A stretch of 35,384 nt of DNA, from positions 1 through 35,384 of the forward strand of contig DAITPV010000002.1 in assembly GCA_036833435.1 (NCBI GenBank), given 5' to 3'. The notes beneath the pieces were generated by a model. It made no database searches. It saw nothing but the letters and a program-made list of their open reading frames with translations, and was not told the origin of the DNA. Below, piece after piece: positions 24,229 to 32,215 of this stretch (the stretch's first letter is position 1; each line of letters starts with the position of its first letter). The DNA comes from Actinomycetota bacterium (GTDB taxonomy: Bacteria; Actinomycetota; UBA4738; CALAEC01). The position numbers were made by a program, and so were the translations under genes.

Positions 24229-24353
24229 GGGATCGGGTTTGCGCAGGTAGGCGGCCTCGCCCGCTCCTGACCAGCCTCGCCTCATTGCTTGTAAGCGGTT
24301 CGCGTGACACGAGCACGAGACTGGGTTGACCGAGAGATTTGGATGGAGGCGAG

Positions 24354-24554
24354 ATGATCCAGCTCAACCAACTTCGCCGGGCCCGGGAGCTCAGCCAGCG
24401 CGACCTTGCCCTACTTGCCGGCGTCTCCCCTGCTCTGATCGCTCTGGTCGAGCAGGGTAAACGGCGCCTGGGAACCCAGGCCCGGAATCGGATTCTGGCG
24501 GCCCTCGAGCTCGGCCAGAACGAGGCTCAGCGGGTCCAGGAGCTCGCCGGATGA
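24354..24554 (+). CDS. XRE-family HTH protein (cro-like)
   Basis: ATG 24354 preceded by GGAGG (the track ORF starts at an upstream TTG). HTH LSQRDLALLAGVSPALIALVEQGKR. Confidence 0.75.
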   Translation: MIQLNQLRRARELSQRDLALLAGVSPALIALVEQGKRRLGTQARNRILAALELGQNEAQRVQELAG

Positions 24555-24811
24555 GGCCCCCGCCCCGCTTGGTCGAGCTGGCTGATCTGCCGGCCACGCT
24601 CTCGGTCGACGAGGCGGCTCGCCTCCTGGGGATCAGCCGAGCCCTTGCCTACGAGCTCGCGAGGCGGGATGAGCTCCCGGGGATGCTCCGCCTCGGAAGA
24701 CGGATCCGGGTGAGCACCGCGGTCGTCCTCAACAAGCTCCAAGCATTTCGTGGCGTGACCGAAGTGGCAGCCTCTAGCCAGGATGCAGATCCGGATGGCG
24801 GTGAGCCGTGA
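24551..24811 (+). CDS. excisionase-family HTH DNA-binding protein
   Basis: ATGA overlap with the cro-like stop. LSVDEAARLLGISRALAYELARRDELPGMLRLGRRIRV. Confidence 0.7.
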   Translation: MRPPPRLVELADLPATLSVDEAARLLGISRALAYELARRDELPGMLRLGRRIRVSTAVVLNKLQAFRGVTEVAASSQDADPDGGEP

Positions 24812-25029
24812 GGTCCAGTCGACCTAGGGTTTCCTCTCCCACGCCTGGTGAGGACGATGTTCACAAGGGCTGCGGCGGCCTGTTCGTCCGCCTGCGAAAG
24901 GGCGGACGCTTCCTCCGCCGATGTGGCCTGTGCGGCGGGGACGAGCCGAGCCCACTGGTTTCGGTCCGGTTGATCAATGGCCGGCGAGAGTGGGTTCCCT
25001 TCCGAGATCTCGTGAGGGGCCGGCCGTGA
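24808..25029 (+). CDS. small Cys-containing (zinc-ribbon-like) protein
   Basis: GTGA overlap with the upstream stop. CGG...CGLCGG motif. Confidence 0.45.
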   Translation: MRSSRPRVSSPTPGEDDVHKGCGGLFVRLRKGGRFLRRCGLCGGDEPSPLVSVRLINGRREWVPFRDLVRGRP

Positions 25030-25220
25030 ACCACGATGCCGGCGAGGAGCCTGTCGTGACGAGCCTTGGAGAGAGCGAATGTCCTCGGTGTGAGGAACGC
25101 CTTCGAGCCGTGGTGGTCCTTCCCGAACTGGTCGACCCACTGATGGCCGAGCTCTTCAGGAGCCTCGTCGGTGTGATCGAGGCCAGCGGAATCTTCCTCA
25201 CGGAGACCGGAGCGAGCTAG
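25026..25220 (+). CDS. small hypothetical protein (CPRC motif)
   Basis: GTG 25026 overlaps the upstream stop (GTGA). It ends 2 nt before the helicase GTG. Confidence 0.4.
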   Translation: MNHDAGEEPVVTSLGESECPRCEERLRAVVVLPELVDPLMAELFRSLVGVIEASGIFLTETGAS

Positions 25221-25222
25221 CC

Positions 25223-26623
25223 GTGCAGTTGTCGGACGAGCTGGCCGACCGAGTTCCTCCGGGTCAAGAGTCCCACCTGACGGACCTGGGCAATGCGCAT
25301 CGCCTGGTCAGGCGTCACGGCGGAGAGCTCCGGTACTGCCGGCCGTGGCGGGCGTGGTTCGTCTGGGATGGCCGGCGATGGGCCAGGGACGTCAAGGGTC
25401 AGGTCTTCCAGCTCGCGAAGGCAACGGTCCGTGGGCTGTACGAGGAGGCCGCGCAGGAGCGGGACTCCGCTCGACGGAAGGCCCTGGCGACCCACGCCAC
25501 ACGTTCTGAGAGCGAGCCACGGATCCGAAGCATGGTGGTACTGGCGGAGACCGAGCCGGAGATCGCTGTCAGGCCCGACGAACTCGATTCGGACCCCTGG
25601 GCCCTCAACGTGCTGAACGGCACGATCGACCTCGCGACCGGCACCCTGCGTCCGCACGACCCAGGCAACCTCATCACCCGGCTCGCCCCCGTTGAGTACG
25701 AAGCCGCCGAAGCTTGCCCCCTGTGGACGGCTTTTCTCCAGCGGGTACTGCCGGACGAACCACTCCGAGCGTTCATGCAGCGAGCGGTCGGGTACTCGAT
25801 CACCGGGGACACGCGAGAGGAGGTGCTGTTCTTCCCCCACGGCCCAACAGCTGCCGGGAAATCCACCTTCATCGAAGCCGTCAAGGCGACGCTCGGCGAG
25901 TACGCGATGACAGCCGACTTCTCCACGTTCCTTCGGAGCCGACGGGACGGCGGATCCCCCAGGAGTGACATCGCCCGGCTGTCCGGTGCTCGGTTCGTGG
26001 CCTCGGTGGAGGTGGATGAGGGCAAGCGCCTGGCTGAGGGCCTGGTAAAGCTGATCACCGGCGGGGACACCGTGACGGCTCGCGCTCTCTACCGGGAGGA
26101 GTTCGAGTTCGTCCCGCACTTCAAGCTGTGGCTCGCCGCGAATAGCCGACCAAGGGTGCGCGACGACGACGATGCGCTCTGGCGACGGATCCTCCAGGTG
26201 CCCTTCACCGAGCAGATCCCCGAGGAGGACCGGGATCCGGACGTGAAGGCGGCCCTCCGCGACCCCCAGGAGTCGGGTCCCGGGATCCTCGCCTGGGCAG
26301 TGGCGGGGTGTCTCCGGTGGCAGGAGGAGGGACTGGCTCCGCCGCCCGCGGTCCGTCAAGCGACCAGGGAGTACCGCGAAGAGATGGACCCCCTTCGGGA
26401 CTTCATCGCCGAACGGTGCCACCTGGCGCAAGAGGCCTCCGCCAGCAGTGAGGACCTGTGGCACGCCTACCTGGAATGGGTGAAAGCGACGCGGTCCTCA
26501 GAAGCTCTGGGGCGCCGAGCGTTCAGCAACCGGCTCGGAGATCACGGCTTCAGGTCGGAGAGGCTGCCGAACGGCAGGAACAAGTGGGGGGGCATCGGCC
26601 TGGTGCAGGGAGAGCTGAAGTGA
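25223..26623 (+). CDS. phage/plasmid primase P4-family C-terminal region protein (D5_N plus SF3 helicase/NTPase)
   Basis: 466-aa ORF. LTDLGNAHRLV...W..WDGRRW (D5 N-terminal type), Walker A GPTAAGKST, Walker B-like FVASVEVDEG, and a C-terminal winged-helix-like tail. No obvious TOPRIM or AEP primase domain. Confidence 0.8.
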   Translation: MQLSDELADRVPPGQESHLTDLGNAHRLVRRHGGELRYCRPWRAWFVWDGRRWARDVKGQVFQLAKATVRGLYEEAAQERDSARRKALATHATRSESEPRIRSMVVLAETEPEIAVRPDELDSDPWALNVLNGTIDLATGTLRPHDPGNLITRLAPVEYEAAEACPLWTAFLQRVLPDEPLRAFMQRAVGYSITGDTREEVLFFPHGPTAAGKSTFIEAVKATLGEYAMTADFSTFLRSRRDGGSPRSDIARLSGARFVASVEVDEGKRLAEGLVKLITGGDTVTARALYREEFEFVPHFKLWLAANSRPRVRDDDDALWRRILQVPFTEQIPEEDRDPDVKAALRDPQESGPGILAWAVAGCLRWQEEGLAPPPAVRQATREYREEMDPLRDFIAERCHLAQEASASSEDLWHAYLEWVKATRSSEALGRRAFSNRLGDHGFRSERLPNGRNKWGGIGLVQGELK

Positions 26624-26790
26624 CCGAAGTAGTTGGACCCCATTTCCCGAACTCTCCTCGCGTGCGCGCGTATGGGAAAGTCCCGCATTTCGCCCCCCAC
26701 TGCTTCGGCTGCTTCAGTCCCTTCACTGCCGGCGGCCGCCGGGGGCCCTCCTTGCCACCTCTCGGCGTTCGCGGCGGCCGTAGCGGCGGC

Positions 26791-26808
26791 GTTGCAAGTG
26801 GGTTGCAG
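26791..26808 (-). repeat. inverted-orientation pair of the TGCAAC(C/G)C motif, 11-bp phasing, upstream of TerS
   Basis: The plus strand reads GTTGCAagtggGTTGCAg. The reverse complement gives TGCAACCC and TGCAACGC with the same 11-bp spacing as the att-proximal pairs. Confidence 0.4.
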
Positions 26809-26867
26809 CCATCACGCCTAGCCGGGCTGACCAGCACCGACGCGAGAGCATTGGGAGTCCCACTCCC

Positions 26868-27413
26868 ATGACGAAGGCTCTCCCGCCCGAATCGTCCGAT
26901 CCGGCCCCGCGGACCTGTGCCCGCTGTGGTCGGAGCGAACCGGATCTCGCCGTCGGCCAATGCCCGAGCTGCAAGGGGTTCCTCCCCGGCAACCAAGAGG
27001 GCCGCACGTTCGAACAGGGCAACGACGCGTCCCTGGTGCATGGCGCGAAGGCCGGCGCCGACCTGGTCCAAGCCACCGAGTCAGCTCTGGTCGAGATCGA
27101 GGCAGCGGTCGGTGACGGCCCCGGATCCGAGCCGAGGTTCGCACTCGCCCGGGCTTCGGCTGCTCGGGCCCTGGCCCGCGTCAGGCTGCTCGAGGAGTAC
27201 CTGGATCGGGTGGGGATCCTCGACTCGAAGGGCCGGCCACGTCCCTCCACCAAACTCCTGGAGCAAGCCCACGCGGGGTTCCTGAAGCACCTTGAGGCCT
27301 TCGGGATGACACCGGCTTCGGCTGCCCGGCTCGGCCTGGATCTCACACGAGCGAAGAGTGCCAGCATCGCGGTCCAACTCGCAGACGCTCGTCGGTCGGC
27401 GTCCAAGCCGTAG
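26868..27413 (+). CDS. terminase small subunit (P27-family-like) with N-terminal zinc ribbon
   Basis: CARCG...CPSCKG ribbon. The C-terminal ...DSKGRPRPSTKLLEQAHAGFLKHLEAFGMTPASAARLGL resembles the P27-type TerS signature (G..TP.SR.RL). Confidence 0.55.
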   Translation: MTKALPPESSDPAPRTCARCGRSEPDLAVGQCPSCKGFLPGNQEGRTFEQGNDASLVHGAKAGADLVQATESALVEIEAAVGDGPGSEPRFALARASAARALARVRLLEEYLDRVGILDSKGRPRPSTKLLEQAHAGFLKHLEAFGMTPASAARLGLDLTRAKSASIAVQLADARRSASKP

Positions 27414-27415
27414 GC

Positions 27416-27583
27416 TCAGCCCTCGCCGAGCGCCTTCCTGACGAGGGTGTCGATTGATCGGTTCAGACTCTCGATCTCCCCGTGAAGGCCCCGGATAGCG
27501 TCTTCCAACGCCTCGACCCTCATCCCGAGGCCCTTCATCACCGCGCGCAGGTGTTGTGCTTCCTCGTCCGTCAGTTCAGCCAC
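27416..27583 (-). CDS. small coiled-coil protein (55 aa; not in the ORF track)
   Basis: Hand translation gives VAELTDEEAQHLRAVMKGLGMRVEALEDAIRGLHGEIESLNRSIDTLVRKALGEG*. GTG start preceded by GAGGAGGGAG, 15 nt after the lipoprotein stop. Confidence 0.45.
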   Translation of the reverse strand: MAELTDEEAQHLRAVMKGLGMRVEALEDAIRGLHGEIESLNRSIDTLVRKALGEG

Positions 27584-27598
27584 CGGCTCTCTCCCTCC

Positions 27599-28108
27599 TC
27601 ATCCCAGCTGTGAAAGTCCCTGTCGAGCGTCCCGCAGCTCCCGGGTAGCCAGCCTCCAGAAGGCCTGCAGATCCGACTCGTTCTCATCGAGGCTACAGCC
27701 GAGCTGGCCGATGCAATCGTTCCAGTCGTTGAAGGCATCGACGTAGTGGTTCAACGCGTTCTCCAGGTGGACGGCCACATCCAATGTGCACAGGCTCTCC
27801 AGGCGACCGAACGCGATCGCGTCGTAGGCGACCCGGGCATCCCCGACCTTCGTCCCGTACTCCTGGAATGTCAGGCCGACCCCCAGCCGGGAATCGAGCT
27901 CGTCGAGGGCGCCGATCAGATCCCCCAGCTGCTCCTCGCATTCCTGCCGGGTCGCTTCAGCCTCTTCCTGCGCGCCGGGCTGGGCGCTCTCGCTCGGTGT
28001 TGGGGTGGCCGCCTGGTTCGGCGAACCACTGGCCGCGCAGCCGGTAACAGTCAAGGCCGTCAGGACCAGGAGCTTGGGGAGCCTCTTCGGGCGTTGAGGC
28101 TGGATCAC
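27599..28108 (-). CDS. lipoprotein, helical, four additional Cys, function unknown
   Basis: 169-aa ORF; GTG start preceded by AAGGAAG. Lipobox LTVTGC followed by a low-complexity linker. Confidence 0.65.
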   Translation of the reverse strand: MIQPQRPKRLPKLLVLTALTVTGCAASGSPNQAATPTPSESAQPGAQEEAEATRQECEEQLGDLIGALDELDSRLGVGLTFQEYGTKVGDARVAYDAIAFGRLESLCTLDVAVHLENALNHYVDAFNDWNDCIGQLGCSLDENESDLQAFWRLATRELRDARQGLSQLG

Positions 28109-28162
28109 GGGCTTCCTTGGAGCCTACCCGGAGCTCGCCCCGGGTGCGACTTCCCCATGGGG

Positions 28163-28615
28163 CTACATCACCCGCTCAAGCTCCAGCTCGATCCCTCTCA
28201 ACTGCCGGGCAGCCTCTCCCGCTAGGCGGGCCAGCTCAGCTGGGTCGCTCGTCTGAGCCACCCGCTGGAGGAACCCCCTTGCGTAGAGGCGTCTCATCCT
28301 CCGGCGGATCCGTCTTAGCGGCAGGCGGCGGTGGAGCTTCCGGTCCCAGACCTTCCTGAGCCGAGCCAGCCAGTTGCTCAATCCCTTGCCTCGCTCCGGC
28401 ACAGACTCGCGGCCCTGCTCCTGGTGGTCCCGGATGTAATCCGCTCTGTCACGAACCGTGCGGACCTCATCGAAGAGCTCTGCTGCGGCCTGACGAAGTC
28501 GATCATGACGCGCTCGGCCGGTCGGCGAGGAACGGATCATGTTGACCGTCGAGAGAACGGCCCCGTACAGAGCCACGAAGCCGATCAGCAACTGCAGCAG
28601 CAAGTCAGCATCCAT
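28163..28615 (-). CDS. single-pass membrane protein with basic helical cytoplasmic domain, function unknown
   Basis: 150-aa ORF with an N-terminal TM helix (LLLQLLIGFVALYGAVLSTV) followed by an Arg-rich helical region. It is the first gene of the minus-strand cassette. Confidence 0.6.
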   Translation of the reverse strand: MDADLLLQLLIGFVALYGAVLSTVNMIRSSPTGRARHDRLRQAAAELFDEVRTVRDRADYIRDHQEQGRESVPERGKGLSNWLARLRKVWDRKLHRRLPLRRIRRRMRRLYARGFLQRVAQTSDPAELARLAGEAARQLRGIELELERVM

Positions 28616-28644
28616 CGGCTCCGAGGATAGGGGAGCTCGAAGAC

Positions 28645-28875
28645 ATGCCGGGGCCGTTTGACACGGCCAGGACAGTTTTCAGTGTGGCGAGCCAGGGTTC
28701 TCGATACCTCAGTCCTCTCGAGGTGGCGCAACACCTGGGGGTCCAGGTCGAGACCGTCCGGGACTGGATCCGCCGGGGCGAGCTCCGCGCGGTTCGACTC
28801 GGCCGGCTCCTGCGAGTCCGACGGGAGGACCTGGAGGCATGGCTTTCGCAGCGTGTCGTTGGGAGCGCCACGTGA
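28645..28875 (+). CDS. excisionase-family HTH DNA-binding protein (third copy in the element)
   Basis: LSPLEVAQHLGVQVETVRDWIRRGELRAVRLGRLLRVRREDLEAWL is close to the 19193-19396 product (RLGQLVRFRREDIEAFV). AGGGGAG SD. Confidence 0.7.
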   Translation: MPGPFDTARTVFSVASQGSRYLSPLEVAQHLGVQVETVRDWIRRGELRAVRLGRLLRVRREDLEAWLSQRVVGSAT

Positions 28876-28975
28876 ACAGCTGTCGCTGTCTCATCCGAAC
28901 GGACCGCGCCCAGCTCTCGCCCGAGTGGGTCGGGGCTCCCGGGTCAGGTCTCAGGCGAATGGGTGGTGCCAGCGC

Positions 28976-29965
28976 ATGAGCACCCTGGACGAAGCGATCG
29001 AGACGCTGAAACGTGCGGGGACGGCTGGGCCCCGGGCCTCAGGCCCGGTCTCCCCGCTCCGCAAGGAGTTCTCGGCCGTCGATGTTCGGGTGGTCGACTC
29101 GAAGCAGCGACGCCTGGGGATCGTCATCTCAACCGAGGCCGAGGATCGGGACGGCGACATCATCGAAGTGGCGGGCTGGGATCTGACGAACTACCGGAGG
29201 AACCCGGTCGTTCTCTTCGCTCACGACTACCGATCCCCCGCCGTCGGCAAGGCCATCTCGGTGGTGAAGGACACCGTCGGGCAGGCGCTGCGCTCCGTCG
29301 TGGAGTTCGCTCCCACGGAGATGGGCCGGCAACTGTTCGAGCTCTACGCCGGAAAGTACATGCGGGCCTGGTCCGTGGGTTTCCTCCCGAAGGAGTCCGT
29401 CCGCCGCCGCGAAACGGAAGACGGCTACACGGGTCGTGGCGTGCGCTTCAGGCGCCAGGAGCTCCTGGAGTACTCGGCCGTGCCGGTGCCGGCCAATGCC
29501 GAAGCCCTGACCGATGCAGTGACCCGAATGGCGCGCGGAGCGTCCGCGCTCCAACCCACCGGCTCAGCCGAGGATCCCGACGACGCTGTTGCTCGACTCG
29601 TCTACGCCGCTGAGCGGCGGGTCATTCACCGGTGGCCCCTGGGTCGGAGTGTTCCCCGGCTGGAGGCCAGCGACCTGGTCGCAAGGGCTTGCCGAATCGT
29701 TGGGCTGGCGCCGATCAGGATCGTTCAGGGACACCGCGACGGGCGAGCCAAACGGGTTCGAGGTCGCCCGCTCATCTTCCTGAGCGAACGGGGGCTCCGG
29801 CCGCTGTACATCCTCCATGAGGTTGCTCATCACGCCGCCGGCCTCGAGCACGGTCACGATGCTGACTTCCGCCGCCGCTATAAGCACCTCGTGTCTCGGT
29901 TGCTGGGCCACCCGGAGGCCCGGGCGCTGGCCCAAGCATTCCGGGAGAAAGGGTTAGACGACTGA
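28976..29965 (+). CDS. HK97-family prohead (capsid maturation) protease fused to a C-terminal HExxH zincin-like region
   Basis: Track ORF trimmed to ATG 28976. ISTEAEDRDGDIIEVAGWDLTNYRRNPVVLFAHDYRSPAVGK...AWSVGF...EYSAVPVPAN is a classic S78/HK97 protease core. The C-terminal ~130 aa contain LYILHEVAHHAAGLEHGHDADF. Confidence 0.8.
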   Translation: MSTLDEAIETLKRAGTAGPRASGPVSPLRKEFSAVDVRVVDSKQRRLGIVISTEAEDRDGDIIEVAGWDLTNYRRNPVVLFAHDYRSPAVGKAISVVKDTVGQALRSVVEFAPTEMGRQLFELYAGKYMRAWSVGFLPKESVRRRETEDGYTGRGVRFRRQELLEYSAVPVPANAEALTDAVTRMARGASALQPTGSAEDPDDAVARLVYAAERRVIHRWPLGRSVPRLEASDLVARACRIVGLAPIRIVQGHRDGRAKRVRGRPLIFLSERGLRPLYILHEVAHHAAGLEHGHDADFRRRYKHLVSRLLGHPEARALAQAFREKGLDD

Positions 29966-30615
29966 TGAGTGGAGACGATCGATTCACTGATGCCGCCGGA
30001 CGCCTGAAGCAACTCCGCTCCGAGATCGCCGCTCTGAGCGACGGCGTGAAAGCCACGCAGCGGGCCGTCTCTGACGCCATCGCGAATGGCGAGGAGGCGA
30101 GGCGGATCCTCGGAGCAGCAAGAGCCAGGGTGGCGGAGGCGGAGCAGGAGCTCGCCCAGGCCACCGCCGCGAGGTATCAGGCTGAGGCCGCCTCGGGACC
30201 TCGAACCGATCCCGCAGCGGCAAAGCAAGAGACCACCGCCCGGGAAGCGCTTCATCGGGCTCGCCAGGAGCTGAGGACCGCGGAGCTTGGCTCCGAGGAG
30301 GCCGATCGTGTTCGCGAGCTGCTGCGCGAGCATCTGAACGAGGTCGAGCAGGAGGCCCGGTCCCAGAAATCCGGAGCCAAGTCGAAGGCGGCGTCCGAGA
30401 TCCTGGCGCACGTCAAGGCCTCCTGGGCTGACGTCCGCCTTCTGCTCGCCGAGCTGTCCGCCATCGGGGCAATCCCCGAGGGGGACAACCCCGTGGCGAC
30501 GAACGTGGCCGACGATGCCGCCGCCGCCTTCGAGCAGCGGATGGGCTGGGCTGGCTCCGTCAGCGAAGGCCGGGCGCTCGAGCGGGAGCGAGCCTCGATC
30601 CTTGGTGGGCGCTGA
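29965..30615 (+). CDS. Ala/Glu/Arg-rich coiled-coil protein (possible scaffold-like protein)
   Basis: ATG overlaps the protease stop (TGATG). 216 aa, mostly predicted helical. The scaffold assignment rests only on its position after the protease. Confidence 0.5.
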   Translation: MSGDDRFTDAAGRLKQLRSEIAALSDGVKATQRAVSDAIANGEEARRILGAARARVAEAEQELAQATAARYQAEAASGPRTDPAAAKQETTAREALHRARQELRTAELGSEEADRVRELLREHLNEVEQEARSQKSGAKSKAASEILAHVKASWADVRLLLAELSAIGAIPEGDNPVATNVADDAAAAFEQRMGWAGSVSEGRALERERASILGGR

Positions 30616-30628
30616 GGGTGGGGGGGTC

Positions 30629-31978
30629 GTGACGGCCGGCATGATCACAACCCCGGCACCGGCTGGCCTGGGGTATGCGTCCGATCCCCCCACCCTGATC
30701 GCCGACCTCCTCCATCTCCCGGATGGCCAGCACTTCGGCGAGGCGATGGCCCCGTTCCAGCGAGAAGACTTCGCCGCCCACTTCGGCGCGGCCGCTCCGC
30801 CAAACACGTGGATCTCCCGACCGAGAGGTGGATCCAAGACCACGGACACAGCAGCGATCGCCATCACGGATCTGCTCCTGGCTCCCGACCGGAGCCGCCT
30901 ATACGCCGTCGCGGCCGACCAAGAGCAGGCAGGGCTGATCCGAGAGGCAATCATGTCCTGGGTCGCGTCGTCCCCCGCCCTTGAGGACGTCTTCGACATT
31001 CAGGCGAACCTCATCGCCAACCCGACGACGGGGACGGTGCTGCGCATCATGGCTTCTGACGCCCCCTCGGCGCTTGGCCTTCTTCCCTACAGGCTGTACC
31101 TCGACGAGCTCACTGCGTGGCCAAGCCGGGCCATGTGGGACGCGGTGATCTCCGCCGCGCACAAGGTTCCTGGTGCGCGGGTGCTCGTCATCTCGACCGC
31201 CGGATCCCCGGCGCACTGGTCCTACTCACTGTGGCAGCACGTGGTCGAGTCCCCCACCTGGCAGGTGAGAGAGTCCCAGGAGCTCGCTCCCTGGGTATCC
31301 GGGGAGCAGGTCGAGGACCAGCGAGCCCACCTGCCGTCAGGAATCATCGCGCGCTGGCTGGAAAACCGGTGGGCGTCGGCAGATGAAGCCCTGCTCTCAC
31401 TCGAGGACATCGTTGCTTGCACGGACCACGACCGGGAGCCGTCGGTCGCCGGCGACGGAGCGGGCCCGTACAGGATCGGCGTCGACTTCGGCTGGAAGCA
31501 CGACCTGACCGGCGTTGCGGTCGTACGTGGTGGCCGGCGGAGCCGGGTCCACCGACTCGAGTACCTGTGGACCCGCCAGGGCTCGCGGGAGGCCCCGGTG
31601 CAGGTGGCTGAAGTGGAGGATAAGATCCAAAGCCTTCAGCGCCGATTCCGACCAGCTCGCGTCATCGTGGATCCGACCCAGCTCGTTGGAACGGCCCAGC
31701 GACTACCGAGGGTCGAGGAGTTCCCGTTCACCGCCCAGAGCGTCGGGAAGCTCTCCACGGTGCTGCTGTCACTCATCCGGGAGCGGCGGCTGCGTCTTCT
31801 CCCCGACGAGGAGCTTCGCACAGAGCTCCTCTCCCTGGTCGTCAGGGAGAGCACATACGGCTGGAGGATGGAGGCTGCCCCCGGGGCTCACGACGACCGC
31901 GCGATGGCCCTGGCGCTCGCGGCCTTCGCTGCGGAGGAGGCTCCGAAGAGTCCCCAGATAGGGATCTGGAAGCTGTGA
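30629..31978 (+). CDS. terminase large subunit
   Basis: Walker A-like RPRGGSKT, Walker B LYLDELTAW, coupling motif ISTAG, nuclease motifs GVDFGWKHDLTGVAVV and GAHDDRAMALALA. GTG 30629 follows GAGGGTGGGGGG; ATG 30641 is an alternative start. Confidence 0.85.
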   Translation: MTAGMITTPAPAGLGYASDPPTLIADLLHLPDGQHFGEAMAPFQREDFAAHFGAAAPPNTWISRPRGGSKTTDTAAIAITDLLLAPDRSRLYAVAADQEQAGLIREAIMSWVASSPALEDVFDIQANLIANPTTGTVLRIMASDAPSALGLLPYRLYLDELTAWPSRAMWDAVISAAHKVPGARVLVISTAGSPAHWSYSLWQHVVESPTWQVRESQELAPWVSGEQVEDQRAHLPSGIIARWLENRWASADEALLSLEDIVACTDHDREPSVAGDGAGPYRIGVDFGWKHDLTGVAVVRGGRRSRVHRLEYLWTRQGSREAPVQVAEVEDKIQSLQRRFRPARVIVDPTQLVGTAQRLPRVEEFPFTAQSVGKLSTVLLSLIRERRLRLLPDEELRTELLSLVVRESTYGWRMEAAPGAHDDRAMALALAAFAAEEAPKSPQIGIWKL

Positions 31979-32211
31979 GCAATTCCCCTCGGAACGAAAC
32001 CGATCTCGAGCGCACCAGGCTCGCTCTCGATCGAGCCACTCGGGATTTGGCCACCGACCGGCAACGGCTCTTCGAGCTCGGCAACAAGCGTGATCCCGAG
32101 TCCCTTCAGCTGGCCTCCGTGCTTAAGCAAGTAGTCCAGGACCGGACCTGGATCGTCCAGGTGCTGAAAACCGAGGAGTCCAGGTTGGCCGAACGCGTGA
32201 GGACAGGATAG
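31975..32211 (+). CDS. small helical hypothetical protein
   Basis: GTGA overlap with the TerL stop. 78 aa. Confidence 0.45.
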   Translation: MSNSPRNETDLERTRLALDRATRDLATDRQRLFELGNKRDPESLQLASVLKQVVQDRTWIVQVLKTEESRLAERVRTG

Positions 32212-32215
32212 CCCA

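Noticed and set aside
20960-24230. Recurring GTCAAG(C/G) hexamer/heptamer (at about 20976, 21307, 22165, 22175, 22768, 23041, 23357, 24224), first suspected to be a dispersed repeat family
   Set aside because: Read on the minus strand these are cTTGAC, that is, -35 boxes in front of minus-strand genes. Several have a TAnnnT-like -10 at 16-18 nt. There is no extended similarity around them.
25217-26464. 415-aa minus-strand ORF opposite the P4-type helicase
   Set aside because: It is a shadow ORF with no start context or motifs. The plus-strand product has Walker motifs and a D5_N signature.
26458-26871. 137-aa and 62-aa plus-strand ORFs spanning the helicase 3' end and the intergenic gap
   Set aside because: They overlap the helicase in another frame, have Ala/Pro/Gly-rich composition, and lack an SD. 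They are treated as non-coding.
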